NCBI GenBank assembly: GCA_039804105.1
Contig: JBDRZU010000001.1
Coordinates: 1,325,685-1,389,684 of the forward strand
Length of the DNA: 64,000 bases
Direction: 5' to 3'
Source: a candidate division WOR-3 bacterium
GTDB lineage: Bacteria; Hydrothermota; 32-111
The notes beneath the pieces were generated by a model that had not been told where the DNA came from, searched no databases, and was given only the letters and a program-made list of their open reading frames with translations. Positions 49,116 through 58,682 of the stretch are shown piece by piece. The translations under genes were made by a program, and so were the position numbers. Every line of letters begins with the position of its first letter. Position 1 is the stretch's first letter.

Positions 49116-49188
49116 TTCTCCTCCTTTTCATTTAGAGAATTTTAGCATATAAAGTTTTAAAGTAAATGAATTTTTTTCTAAAAATAAA

Positions 49189-49216
49189 TTGACTTTAATA
49201 AAAAAAAATTTATAAT
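49189..49216 (+). promoter_or_regulatory. Putative sigma70 promoter of mgtE
   Basis: TTGACT-16-TATAAT. Confidence 0.6.
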
Positions 49217-49249
49217 CAAAGAAAAATTCTCTTTTTTTAAGGGGTTTCT

Positions 49250-50635
49250 ATGTCAGATGATTATAAATTTGATCCAATGGTGAGATTGTTAAAACCAGAA
49301 CTTGAAGAGATAATAAAAAATAAGGATTGGAAAAATTTAAAAGAATTGATCTCCTTCTGGCAACCCCCAGAGATTGCTGATCTTTTTAGGGAGATAGAAT
49401 CTAAAGAGAGAGTTGTTATTTTAAGATTGTTGCCCAAGGATTTTCAGCAGGAAGTTTTTTCTTACCTTGATAGTGATATGCAGGAGGATCTGTTAAGGAA
49501 CCTAACAAACGATGATATTAAGACAATAATCGAAGAACTTGAACCAGATGATAGAACTGAACTGTTTGAAGAAATGCCTCCTGATCTCACAAGAAAGATG
49601 ATAAATCTCCTTTCACCCGAAGAGAGGAAAAAAGCATTGCAACTTTTAGGATATCCAGAAAACAGTGTTGGAAGGTTGATGAACCCAGATTACATTGCTG
49701 TGAAAAATTCATGGACTATAGAGAAAACGATCGCGTTTATTAGAAATTATGGTAAAGATGTTGAAACTATAAACATGATATATGTTGTTGACGACCAATG
49801 GCATCTTTTGGATGATATTTCAATAAAAAAATTGATCCTTGCTGAACCTTCACAAACGATAGATTCCTTGATGGACAAAAGTGTTATATTTTTGACTGCA
49901 AACACTGATCAGGAAGAAGCGATCAAAATTTTTGAAAAATATGACCTTCTCGCATTACCGATTACAGATGAAGAAAGACATCTTTTAGGAATTGTAACAT
50001 TCGACGATATTCTTGATGCAGTTCGAGAAGAGCAAACAGAGGATTTTACAAAATTTTCAGGTATCCAGTCACACGATATTGATCTTGATTTTATAACAAG
50101 GATAAAAGATGTTCCGATGATTCAAATTTTCAAAGCGAGAATAAGTTGGCTTGTTGCACTTCTTATAATGGATTTTGTTACAGGAGGCATTATTCAGGGT
50201 TTTCAGGATACGATAGCAAGGTATGTTGTTTTGGTTTCATTTTTACCTGTTCTTGTTGATACTGCTGGAAATGCTGGTGCACAGTCGGCAACACTTGTGA
50301 TAAGGGCGTTAGCAATGGGAACAGTTGAAATGAAGGACTGGTTTATTTTAATAGTAAGAGAGCTTTTTATAGCAACATTACTTGGTCTTGTGATGGGATT
50401 TGGAATTTCGATTATGGGTTTTATTAGAGGGAAAAATCTTTTAATTGCATCTGTTGTTGTTACCTCAATGATTGTTAATGTCATAATTGGAAGTTTGATA
50501 GGTGTTCTTTTACCTTTCATATTCACAAAATTGAAAAAAGATCCTGCGACTGCAAGTACCCCTTTGATAACATCTCTTGCTGATATAATTGGAACAGCGA
50601 TCTATTTGAGTATAGCGTTTATATTTTTGAAATGA
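49250..50635 (+). CDS. mgtE: Magnesium transporter MgtE
   Basis: MgtE_N, YPENSVGRLM, CBS pair, RISWL, GNAGAQ, DPA.AS.PLITS..DIIG. Confidence 0.96.
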   Translation: MSDDYKFDPMVRLLKPELEEIIKNKDWKNLKELISFWQPPEIADLFREIESKERVVILRLLPKDFQQEVFSYLDSDMQEDLLRNLTNDDIKTIIEELEPDDRTELFEEMPPDLTRKMINLLSPEERKKALQLLGYPENSVGRLMNPDYIAVKNSWTIEKTIAFIRNYGKDVETINMIYVVDDQWHLLDDISIKKLILAEPSQTIDSLMDKSVIFLTANTDQEEAIKIFEKYDLLALPITDEERHLLGIVTFDDILDAVREEQTEDFTKFSGIQSHDIDLDFITRIKDVPMIQIFKARISWLVALLIMDFVTGGIIQGFQDTIARYVVLVSFLPVLVDTAGNAGAQSATLVIRALAMGTVEMKDWFILIVRELFIATLLGLVMGFGISIMGFIRGKNLLIASVVVTSMIVNVIIGSLIGVLLPFIFTKLKKDPATASTPLITSLADIIGTAIYLSIAFIFLK

Positions 50636-50743
50636 TCAATTATTTGAAAAATACTAGACCTTGATTTAGTATAAAAATCAATTTCACTTACAAAAGATCG
50701 TCAACAATAAATTCAATTACCCATTTTACAAAAAGAAAAATTT

Positions 50744-50771
50744 TTGACTTTTGGAAAAAATATGATACAAT
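50744..50771 (+). promoter_or_regulatory. Putative sigma70 promoter of TonB-receptor operon
   Basis: TTGACT-16-TACAAT with a TG extended -10. SD AGGAGG follows. Confidence 0.55.
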
Positions 50772-50792
50772 TTTAAAAATTAAAGGAGGGTT

Positions 50793-52760
50793 ATGAAATT
50801 TTCCTTGAAAACATCTTTTTACTTCATTATACTTTTTATTTTTATTTTTTCCTTTGAGCAGGATTTAGGACTTGAGGAGTTATTATCACAAGAAGTGAAT
50901 GTCGCTACTCAGAAATCTCTAAATATTAGGGAAACAGCAGGGATAGTAACAGTGATAACAAAAGAAGATATAGAAAAAATTGGTGCTAAAGATCTTTTGG
51001 AAATTTTAAGCAATATTCCCGGATTCTTTTTTGGTGCTGATGTTTCACAGACGGTTAGTTTAGGAGTAAGAGGTGTATGGGCAAATGAAGGAAAGATTCT
51101 TTTACTTCTTGATGGACATGAAATAAACGAACTGACCTATTCTAATATTATTCTTGGTAATCATATATCACCTGAAATTATAGAAAGGATAGAAATTATA
51201 AGAGGCCCTGGCTCTGTTAAATATGGAGGTTTTGCAGAACTTGGAGTGATAAATATCATTACAAAAGGAGAAGTCAATAAGGATTTTTTAAAAACTGATT
51301 TAATATACTCTAATTTTGGAAAAATATATTCCAAAAGAGGTGGAGTTGTTTCTTTTTATAAAAATTTTTCATTCTTTAGTATTGGTGGTTCTTTCTCATA
51401 TAACCAATCGATTAGAAGTGTTAGAAAGTATTACGATATGTATCAGGACAGTTTTGAAATGGTTTCAAATTCAGATATAATACCATCTAATGGAAGATTG
51501 AATTTTACTTTTAAAGACCTTGAAATCAATTTAATGGTTGACAGATATGATATGAAAATAAGAAATGTTTATGATTATATACTACCCAAAAGTATCTATC
51601 AAAAATTTGATTATTATTTTGCTGACGTTAAATACAATTTAAACTTAAATGAGAGAATAAAAATTTTACCAGCAGTAAAATACAAATTACAGTATCCATG
51701 GCAAATAACCGATACAAGTGCCAGTGTAGCAGAGAATTACTGGAATCTAAAGGCAGAAAGAATACTTGAAAATGTTTCATTTACTTATGATCATTCCAAA
51801 GATCTTTCTTTGATGGTTGGTGAAGAGTACTACTATGAAAGATGTATTGCAAACGATAGTTTACAGGTTGATTTTGCTGATGGATCAAGAAAAATTGTCA
51901 ATCAAAACATTTCAATTTTTACAGAACTTTTTTATAAAATTCCCAAAATTGATCTTATTTCAATCTCAGGTTTAAGATTTGAATACAACAAATTGTATGG
52001 AAAATTTTTGGTACCAAGAATTGGTTTTACAAAAGTGGTTGATAGGTTTCACATTAAATTATTGTATGCCCATTCATTCAGATCACCAAGTTTTATGAAT
52101 GTTGATGGCAATACAAATATTTTGCCTGAGAAAACAAAAACTTTTGAAATAGAAGCAGGTTATATGATCACACCTGAAATGTTTGTTGTGGGAAATATAT
52201 TTGATATAAATATTTTTTCACCTATTGTATATTATTTTGATGAAGAAACTTTCGTAGAGGGTTACTTCAATGATACGCATATTGGAACAAGAGGTTTTGA
52301 GATTGAATATCGAATTAAAAAAAGTAAGATTGATCTAAAATTTAACTATTCATACTACATCGCTAACAAAAATGAAGTTGAGTTGTTTACTGTTCCAACA
52401 GATGAGAAATCATTTTTAGGTGCTCCAAGACACAAAGTAGGATTTACTGGAACATTTAATCTGTTATCAAACCTTTATTTTAATGTTGGTACGATCTATC
52501 TTTCTTCAAAATACGCTTATTATAAATATGATGAAAACATAGATGATTTTGTGTTTAAATCTTTTGAACCGAATTTTCTGGTAAATTTTAATTTTATAGC
52601 AAAAGATGTTTTGGTAAAAAACTTATCTTTTTCATTTTTCGTAAAGAATATTCTTAACTCTCCTTACTATTTTGTGCAACCTTATAATGGATCATTTGCA
52701 CCTATGCCAGGACTTGATAGAGAGTTTGGATTAAAGATAACATATTGTTTTTGTAAATAA
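50793..52760 (+). CDS. TonB-dependent outer membrane receptor
   Basis: Signal peptide. LEELL..EV..AT, VTVIT..DI, LLLDG, IERIEIIRGPGS..YG..A..GVINIIT plug motif; PE...T.E and NIL barrel motifs. Confidence 0.92.
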   Translation: MKFSLKTSFYFIILFIFIFSFEQDLGLEELLSQEVNVATQKSLNIRETAGIVTVITKEDIEKIGAKDLLEILSNIPGFFFGADVSQTVSLGVRGVWANEGKILLLLDGHEINELTYSNIILGNHISPEIIERIEIIRGPGSVKYGGFAELGVINIITKGEVNKDFLKTDLIYSNFGKIYSKRGGVVSFYKNFSFFSIGGSFSYNQSIRSVRKYYDMYQDSFEMVSNSDIIPSNGRLNFTFKDLEINLMVDRYDMKIRNVYDYILPKSIYQKFDYYFADVKYNLNLNERIKILPAVKYKLQYPWQITDTSASVAENYWNLKAERILENVSFTYDHSKDLSLMVGEEYYYERCIANDSLQVDFADGSRKIVNQNISIFTELFYKIPKIDLISISGLRFEYNKLYGKFLVPRIGFTKVVDRFHIKLLYAHSFRSPSFMNVDGNTNILPEKTKTFEIEAGYMITPEMFVVGNIFDINIFSPIVYYFDEETFVEGYFNDTHIGTRGFEIEYRIKKSKIDLKFNYSYYIANKNEVELFTVPTDEKSFLGAPRHKVGFTGTFNLLSNLYFNVGTIYLSSKYAYYKYDENIDDFVFKSFEPNFLVNFNFIAKDVLVKNLSFSFFVKNILNSPYYFVQPYNGSFAPMPGLDREFGLKITYCFCK

Positions 52761-52772
52761 AAAGAGGATAAA

Positions 52773-53645
52773 ATGAAAAGATTTTTTATTCTAATTATTT
52801 TTTTGTTAGTGGTAAAAAATCTCGAATCAAAAATCTTGATTATCAAATGGAAAAATGTCGACATATATAATTTCGCCTTATCTGGAATCAAAGAATCGGG
52901 CATAAGGGATTACGATGTGATAGATTGTGATGGCAAAAAGGAAGAAATTTTAAATGGATTAAAAAATGTATAGAATTATGATCTTATCTGTGTTTTGGGA
53001 GAAACTCCTTTAAAAGTTGTTATTTCTGAAAAGATAAAAAAACCTGTATTCTATGGGATGGTTTATAATCCTGTTCTGTTTGTTGGTAAAGATGAAAATG
53101 TTACAGGTGTAAGTTTAAACATAAATTATTTAAAACAGTTAACGATTATAAAGTCGGTGCTACCAAACTGTAAGAGTATAGGAATACTTTATTCAAAAGA
53201 AGAACTGGTTAAACAGTTTGAAAAGGATGCAGAAAATTTTGGTATCAGTGTTAAAAAAATAAAGAGTGAAAACGAGAATGATGTAAATGAAAAAATAAAC
53301 TTGTTAAAAGATGTTTCATTAATTGTTTTAATAACAGACCCAATAATATCTTCATCTGGGGTTATAAACAATGTAATCTTGCATTCTCAAAAAACAAAAA
53401 TACCATTGTTTGTAACATCCGATAAACTCGTAAAATCGGGGGCGCTCTTTGGTTTATCTCCTGATTATTTTGAAAATGGAATAATTCTGGGAAAAATGAT
53501 AAAAAAATACCTTGAAGAAAACAAACTTGAGAATCCCAAAGATATGCCTGATGGCTATCTCTATGTGAACCTTAAAGTTTCATCAGATTTTAATATTAAA
53601 ATAGAAGAAAAAATTTTAAAAACTGCTAAAGAGATATATAAATGA
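52773..53645 (+). pseudogene. ABC-type substrate-binding protein interrupted by one in-frame TAG (52971-52973)
   Basis: ORFs 52773-52973 and 52995-53645 are in the same frame (offset 222 nt) and join as ...GLKNV*NYDLICVLGETP.... The joined 290-codon product resembles 3407-4303 along its length. Confidence 0.8.
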
Positions 53646-55294
53646 AAAAGAAAAAAAACAGTTTACTGAAAAAATCAACTTTTATAATAATAATTCTTGT
53701 TATTTCAATTGTAATTGTTTTTGAAACATTTTTTTATTTTCACACTGTTGGATCTTTAAAAAGAGAATTCAAATTTAAAGGGGAATCCATAGCATCTTTG
53801 TTTTCACTTGCATGTAAAAAATCGGTTGTTGAAGCAAACTGCAATGATATTTCTGAGGTCTTGCTAAACCTTTCTTCTCAAAATGATATAGTTTATTCTT
53901 ATGTTTACGATAAGGATGGCAAAGTTATTTCTTACCAATCAAAGATAGAAATTGATGATTTAATTGATAATAAAATCGTTGAAATAATGAAAAATGATGA
54001 GCCATATTTTACTGAAGGAAAGATCTGGGAATTTTATTATCCAATAAGTGTGAGTGGAGAAGATTTCTTAGAATCGTTTGAAAAAACTTTTATTGGTTTT
54101 GTTCGAATTGGTATAAGTGAAGAATATTTAAAAAGTTCAATTTTTAAAATGGTAAGAATTTCTTTAATATTTGCTTTGATAGCACTTTTGGCTGGTGCTT
54201 TTACTGCCACCATAATAGTCAGGATTCTTATAAATCCAGTTGTTAAGATATCAAACGAAGTGAGTTCTATTGGAACCGATTTAACAAAAAGAATAGAAAA
54301 AAAAGAGAACAATGAAATAGGATACCTGTCTGATGGAATAAATGAATTTCTTGATGAGTTGAGTGAGGTCGTTGTCGAATTAAAAAAATCTTCACCAAAA
54401 CTTTTTGAACAATCTGATACTCTTTCATCAACGACAGAACAACTTCTTGCTTCCTCAGAAGAAATTTCATCATCTATACAGGAAATCGCAACCAGTTCGC
54501 AAAAACAGATGGAGTCGGTAATGTATATACTTGAAAAGGCGAAGATAACCGATAACAATGTTTTTGAAACACAACAGACGGCATTGAAAGCAAAAGAGAT
54601 GTCGCAGAATACTTTAAAAAATTCAGTTGAAGGGAAGTTTGAGTCGGAAAAAGCGTTTAAAAGTTCTGAAGAACTTGTTAATTCGATTGATTCTTTGTCT
54701 ATCAAAATCAAAAATCTTGCTGACGAGTTGAAAAAGATACCTGAGATAATGAACACTATAAACAATATTTCAAACAAAACTTCACTTTTGTCGTTAAATG
54801 CAATGATAGAAGCAGCAAGAGCAGGTGAATCTGGAAGAGGTTTTTCAGTGGTAGCACAGGAGATAACTAAACTTGCAAACAACAGTAAAGAAAGAGCAAA
54901 AGAGATAGATGTGATAGTGAAGGGAATTTTAGAAAAAACCGAAATGCTTATTGAAGAATCTTTAAAAACTAAAGATGGTATAAACAGTTCAAAAGGTATA
55001 TTTTTTGATATATCGAATAAATTGAAAAACATTTCTGAAGATATGGAAAACTCCGTTTTTGAGATAGAGAATATTGCTCAAAAAAGTGAAATTTCAAAAA
55101 ATGCTGTAAGTGAACTTTCAACCTATATCGAAAAGATTTCAAAAGAGTCAGAACAGAATGCAGCAGCAGCCCAGGAAGTTTCAGCAGCGGTTGAGCAGGA
55201 AACAGCCTCATTTAATTCACTTTCCGAATCGATATTGACTTTAAAGAATATTGCTGAAGAGATGAAAAGATATGTTGACAGGTTCAAGGTTTGA
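53642..55294 (+). CDS. Methyl-accepting chemotaxis protein (2 TM, periplasmic sensor, HAMP)
   Basis: HAMP (DLTKRI....NEIG.L). Signalling hairpin [30 protein letters not shown]. Confidence 0.92.
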   Translation: MKKKKNSLLKKSTFIIIILVISIVIVFETFFYFHTVGSLKREFKFKGESIASLFSLACKKSVVEANCNDISEVLLNLSSQNDIVYSYVYDKDGKVISYQSKIEIDDLIDNKIVEIMKNDEPYFTEGKIWEFYYPISVSGEDFLESFEKTFIGFVRIGISEEYLKSSIFKMVRISLIFALIALLAGAFTATIIVRILINPVVKISNEVSSIGTDLTKRIEKKENNEIGYLSDGINEFLDELSEVVVELKKSSPKLFEQSDTLSSTTEQLLASSEEISSSIQEIATSSQKQMESVMYILEKAKITDNNVFETQQTALKAKEMSQNTLKNSVEGKFESEKAFKSSEELVNSIDSLSIKIKNLADELKKIPEIMNTINNISNKTSLLSLNAMIEAARAGESGRGFSVVAQEITKLANNSKERAKEIDVIVKGILEKTEMLIEESLKTKDGINSSKGIFFDISNKLKNISEDMENSVFEIENIAQKSEISKNAVSELSTYIEKISKESEQNAAAAQEVSAAVEQETASFNSLSESILTLKNIAEEMKRYVDRFKV

Positions 55295-55367
55295 ATTTGT
55301 GTTTCAAATTTTGCTGGATCAAATTTTTTATAAATCTAAAACTTAAAATTTAAAAAGAGGAGAGTAA

Positions 55368-57488
55368 ATGAAAAAATTTTATTTAATTCTTTTTATTTTA
55401 TTAGTTTTGATTTCTGTTTCTGCTGGGGAGATGGTATATTTTAAAGATTTCGCCAATCCCAAAGATGTCTATGATAGTTTAAATATGAAAAGAATTGGAA
55501 AAGTTTCTTACTATGGTTATGCAAGAAAAGTATATGTTGTTGACACTATAGCTTTTGTTCAAACAGATTATCATGTTCTATTACTTAATGTGAAAAACAA
55601 AAATAATCCAGTATTTTTAAGTGAGATAGCATCCCCAGAGTATATAAACGGATTTTCTGTTGAAGGAAATTATCTGTATATTGCTTGTGGTTTAACCGGT
55701 ATTGGAATCTATGATGTATCTGATCCTTCAAATCCAATATTTATAAGATTTTATGATACATCAGGTTCTGCTTTTAATATTTTTGTAAAAGACACTTTTG
55801 CTTATATTCTTGATGGTAGCAATGGTCTTGTAATTTTAAATATTTCAAATGTGTCAAATCCGGTAGAGGTGGGTTATTTTAACTCTCCAGGTTGGGAAAT
55901 GAGTATTCTTGTTTCAGGAAACTATGCTTACATTGCAGATGGTGATTCTGGTTTATGTATAGTAGATGTTTCAAATCCTGCATCTCCTTCAAAAGTTGCT
56001 TCTATTGATACTCCTGGTTATGCGTATGATCTTTTTGTTTCAGGCAATTATGTTTATGTTGCTGATGGATACTGGGGTGGAGTAAGAATTTTTGATGTAA
56101 CAAATCCATCAAATCCTGTTGAAACAGGATATTATGATACAAATGGCTGGGCTTTAAATGTTAATGTTAGTGGAAACTATGCTTATGTGGCAGATGGTTA
56201 CTGGGGAATTTCAATCTTTGATGTTTCCGATAAAACTAATCCTGTGTTGTTAAGTAATTTTAATTTTGTTGAATGGGTTGAGTATGTTTTTAAAGAAAAC
56301 AACTATTTATATGCAAGTGTTTCAGAATTAGGGTTGATGATCATTGATGTTTCAAACCCTTCGATACCAGCGCAGGTTGGGGGTTATGGTGTTTATGGGT
56401 TAACTTATAATGTTCATGTTGTTGGAAATTATGCTTATGTTACAAATGGAAGTTGTGGATTTAGAATAATTGATATCTCAAATAAATTTAATCCTTATGA
56501 AGTGGGAAGTTATAGTAATGTTTACTATAGCAATGGATCTTATATTGTTGGAAATTATGCTTATGTAACTGATATAAGTTGGGGTTTGCGAATATTAAAT
56601 ATTTCTGATCCTGAAAACATAACACAAGTAGGTATTTATGATACTCCTGGTTATCCAAACAATGTTGTTGTTTCAGGAAACTATGCTTACATTGCAGATG
56701 GTGATTCTGGTTTATGTATAGTAGATGTTTCAAATCCTGCATCTCCTTCAAAAGTTGCTTCTATTGATACCATTGGCTATACATGTAATATTTTTATAAG
56801 TGGTAATTATGCTTATTTGGCTTTAAATAATGGTTTAAAAATAGTAGATATTTCAAACCCATCATCACCAGTTGTTTTGGGATATTATGATTCTCCTGGT
56901 TGGCCAAGGGGAGTATTTATTTTGGGAAACTACGCTTATTTGGCGGATGGAAGTTTTGGGCTCAGAATAATTGATATAACAAATCCAGCAAATCCTCAAG
57001 AGGTTGGTTATTATGATACACCCGGTTGGTCCTGGGATGTTTGTGTTGTTGGAAATTATGCTTATATTGCTGATCAAAACACAGGTGTAAGGGTTATAGA
57101 TGTAACAGATCCGGCTAATCCACAAGAGGTAGGATATTATGATACTCCAGGAGAAGCGAGAGATGTGTGGGCTGATAGTAACTATGTTTATCTTGTATCT
57201 GGGTTTTTCTATATATTGAAAAATACTCTCACCAATATCGAAAAAGAAAATCTTAAAGACAATATTACTAAAATGAAGGTTAATCTTAATTCTTTTGAAT
57301 ACACTTTGAACGGAAAAACAAATGAAATAGTTGTTTATGATATTGCTGGTAAACAGGTGAGTTTCGAAAAAAACAAAAATCCAGGAAATTATGTTTTGAA
57401 TACAAAAAAGCTCAAAAAGGGAGTATATTTTATAAAACTTGTTGATGGTAAAAAAGAGTTTAATGGTAAATTTATTATAGTTAGGTAG
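55368..57488 (+). CDS. Secreted LVIVD-repeat protein with T9SS-like C-terminal domain
   Basis: Signal peptide. More than ten repeats of V.GNYAY.ADG..GL.I.DVSNP..P...G.YDTPG. C-terminal VYDIAGKQV...LKKGVYFIKL...GKFIIVR. Confidence 0.9.
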   Translation: MKKFYLILFILLVLISVSAGEMVYFKDFANPKDVYDSLNMKRIGKVSYYGYARKVYVVDTIAFVQTDYHVLLLNVKNKNNPVFLSEIASPEYINGFSVEGNYLYIACGLTGIGIYDVSDPSNPIFIRFYDTSGSAFNIFVKDTFAYILDGSNGLVILNISNVSNPVEVGYFNSPGWEMSILVSGNYAYIADGDSGLCIVDVSNPASPSKVASIDTPGYAYDLFVSGNYVYVADGYWGGVRIFDVTNPSNPVETGYYDTNGWALNVNVSGNYAYVADGYWGISIFDVSDKTNPVLLSNFNFVEWVEYVFKENNYLYASVSELGLMIIDVSNPSIPAQVGGYGVYGLTYNVHVVGNYAYVTNGSCGFRIIDISNKFNPYEVGSYSNVYYSNGSYIVGNYAYVTDISWGLRILNISDPENITQVGIYDTPGYPNNVVVSGNYAYIADGDSGLCIVDVSNPASPSKVASIDTIGYTCNIFISGNYAYLALNNGLKIVDISNPSSPVVLGYYDSPGWPRGVFILGNYAYLADGSFGLRIIDITNPANPQEVGYYDTPGWSWDVCVVGNYAYIADQNTGVRVIDVTDPANPQEVGYYDTPGEARDVWADSNYVYLVSGFFYILKNTLTNIEKENLKDNITKMKVNLNSFEYTLNGKTNEIVVYDIAGKQVSFEKNKNPGNYVLNTKKLKKGVYFIKLVDGKKEFNGKFIIVR
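55909..56011 (+). repeat. 103-bp exact direct repeat, copy 1 (within LVIVD gene)
   Basis: ttgtttcaggaaactatgcttac...gcttctattgatac is identical to 56668-56770. Confidence 0.9.
56668..56770 (+). repeat. 103-bp exact direct repeat, copy 2
   Basis: Identical to 55909-56011. The 759-nt offset keeps the frame. Confidence 0.9.
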
Positions 57489-57635
57489 TTTGTTAAAAAA
57501 GGGACAGAATATCCTGGCCATTTTTATTTTATAACATTTATCATTTACAATATTTAAAACAGCCAAATCCATTTTAAATATTGAAAATTTTTTTTATTTT
57601 CATAAAATTGATACAAAGATTAAGGAGTTTTTATT

Positions 57636-58628
57636 ATGAAAAATAACATTAAGGTTTTTTTTGTTTTATTTTTCTTTATATTTAGTTTTTTGTTATTATC
57701 TGGAGAAGAGTGTATTGGAAATGTTTGCAAGGTTAACTGCAATCAAAAACAGAAAGAAATAACTTATCTTAGTTTTGATTATGGAGTTTCAACGAACTTT
57801 GAATTTGTTGGTGTTGAGGAACTCAAAAATCCAGAAAATTATTTTGAGTATTATCGTTTCAAATATGAAAATGACCTTTTGAGGACGATAGAATATTATC
57901 AGCAAAACAAATTAAAAAATGGTGGAATATTTGGTGTTGCTAAGATTATAATCATCTATGATAGTTTGAATAAAGAGTTAATTTTCAAAGATAAAGATGA
58001 TAATCAGATCAAAACAAGTGATGGTGTATATAGAATGAAATTTTTCTATCAAGTATTCAAAGATAAAAAAGGAAAAGAGTTGAAACTTGTTGTGAAGAAC
58101 ATAAACTTTGACGAGAATGGAAATCAGGTTAGAGATTATTGTGGAGTTGCAGAATATAGATTCTTGTATGATTCTGATGGGAAATGTGTTGAACAACAAC
58201 ATTTTGAAAATGGAGAAATTGCAGAGGATCAATATGGATGTGCTAAAATAAAATGGAAATATGATAACAAGGGAAGATTGATAGAGGAAAGTTTTTATGA
58301 TAAAAATAATAGTTTAAAAAGTGCAAATGAGCTTTTTGTTCCAATAAAAAGGTGGAAATATGATGATAAAGGGAGAATGATTGAGGAAAGTTATCATGAT
58401 GAGAAAGGTAATTTGAAAGAGAGTTTTATTGTTGGTTATGCAAAAAAGGGCTTTGTTTACAACTCAAAAGGACAACTTGAAAAAATCTTTTATACTGATG
58501 AAGAGGATATGCTTGTGAACAATGTTTACGGGTATGCTATTGAGATTTTTCAATATAAGGAAAATGGTAGTGTTGGTGTAACAAAATATCTCAATAAGAA
58601 TGGCATGGAAGTGTTTCCAAAATTTTGA
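57636..58628 (+). CDS. Exported protein with YD/RHS-like beta-repeats
   Basis: Signal peptide, SD AAGGAG. Repeats G.A.....YD.KG..IEES..D (e.g. WKYDNKGRLIEESFYD, WKYDDKGRMIEESYHD). Confidence 0.65.
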   Translation: MKNNIKVFFVLFFFIFSFLLLSGEECIGNVCKVNCNQKQKEITYLSFDYGVSTNFEFVGVEELKNPENYFEYYRFKYENDLLRTIEYYQQNKLKNGGIFGVAKIIIIYDSLNKELIFKDKDDNQIKTSDGVYRMKFFYQVFKDKKGKELKLVVKNINFDENGNQVRDYCGVAEYRFLYDSDGKCVEQQHFENGEIAEDQYGCAKIKWKYDNKGRLIEESFYDKNNSLKSANELFVPIKRWKYDDKGRMIEESYHDEKGNLKESFIVGYAKKGFVYNSKGQLEKIFYTDEEDMLVNNVYGYAIEIFQYKENGSVGVTKYLNKNGMEVFPKF

Positions 58629-58639
58629 GATGGTTTTTA

Positions 58640-58667
58640 TTGACCAAAAGATAATTTCAAGTAGAAT
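58640..58667 (+). promoter_or_regulatory. Putative sigma70 promoter of methylase-nuclease pair
   Basis: TTGACC-16-TAGAAT upstream of ATG 58683. Confidence 0.5.
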
Positions 58668-58682
58668 ACAGATCAAGTTAAT

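Noticed and set aside
49116..49249. M-box (ykoK) riboswitch upstream of mgtE
   Set aside because: Only about 33 nt lie between the putative -10 box and the ATG, and the region is A/T-rich with no structured leader.
1..50000. Apparent excess of ATCGAT/TCGA and GATC words
   Set aside because: This is a visual impression only. It could come from Ile-Asp/Ile-Glu codon pairs and needs a Markov-model count that I cannot run.
50661..50681. Palindrome ttgattt-N7-aaatcaa upstream of the TonB receptor as an operator
   Set aside because: 7-bp AT-rich arms are expected by chance in this composition, and I found no second copy or Fur-box match.
52971..52973. Genome-wide TAG reassignment
   Set aside because: Conserved genes end at TAG at their expected C-termini (yidD, mnmE, hsp20, the cyclase), and no other gene has an internal TAG.
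54037..55032. 331-aa antisense ORF opposite the MCP (also 24666-25313, 56865-57572 and the many short shadow ORFs)
   Set aside because: These lie wholly or largely opposite well-supported genes, are Ser/Phe/Ile-rich as expected from antisense codon bias, and show no motifs.
55909..56770. Diversity-generating retroelement TR/VR pair
   Set aside because: The copies are identical with no adenine-specific mismatches, both lie in frame within one gene, and no reverse transcriptase is in the window.
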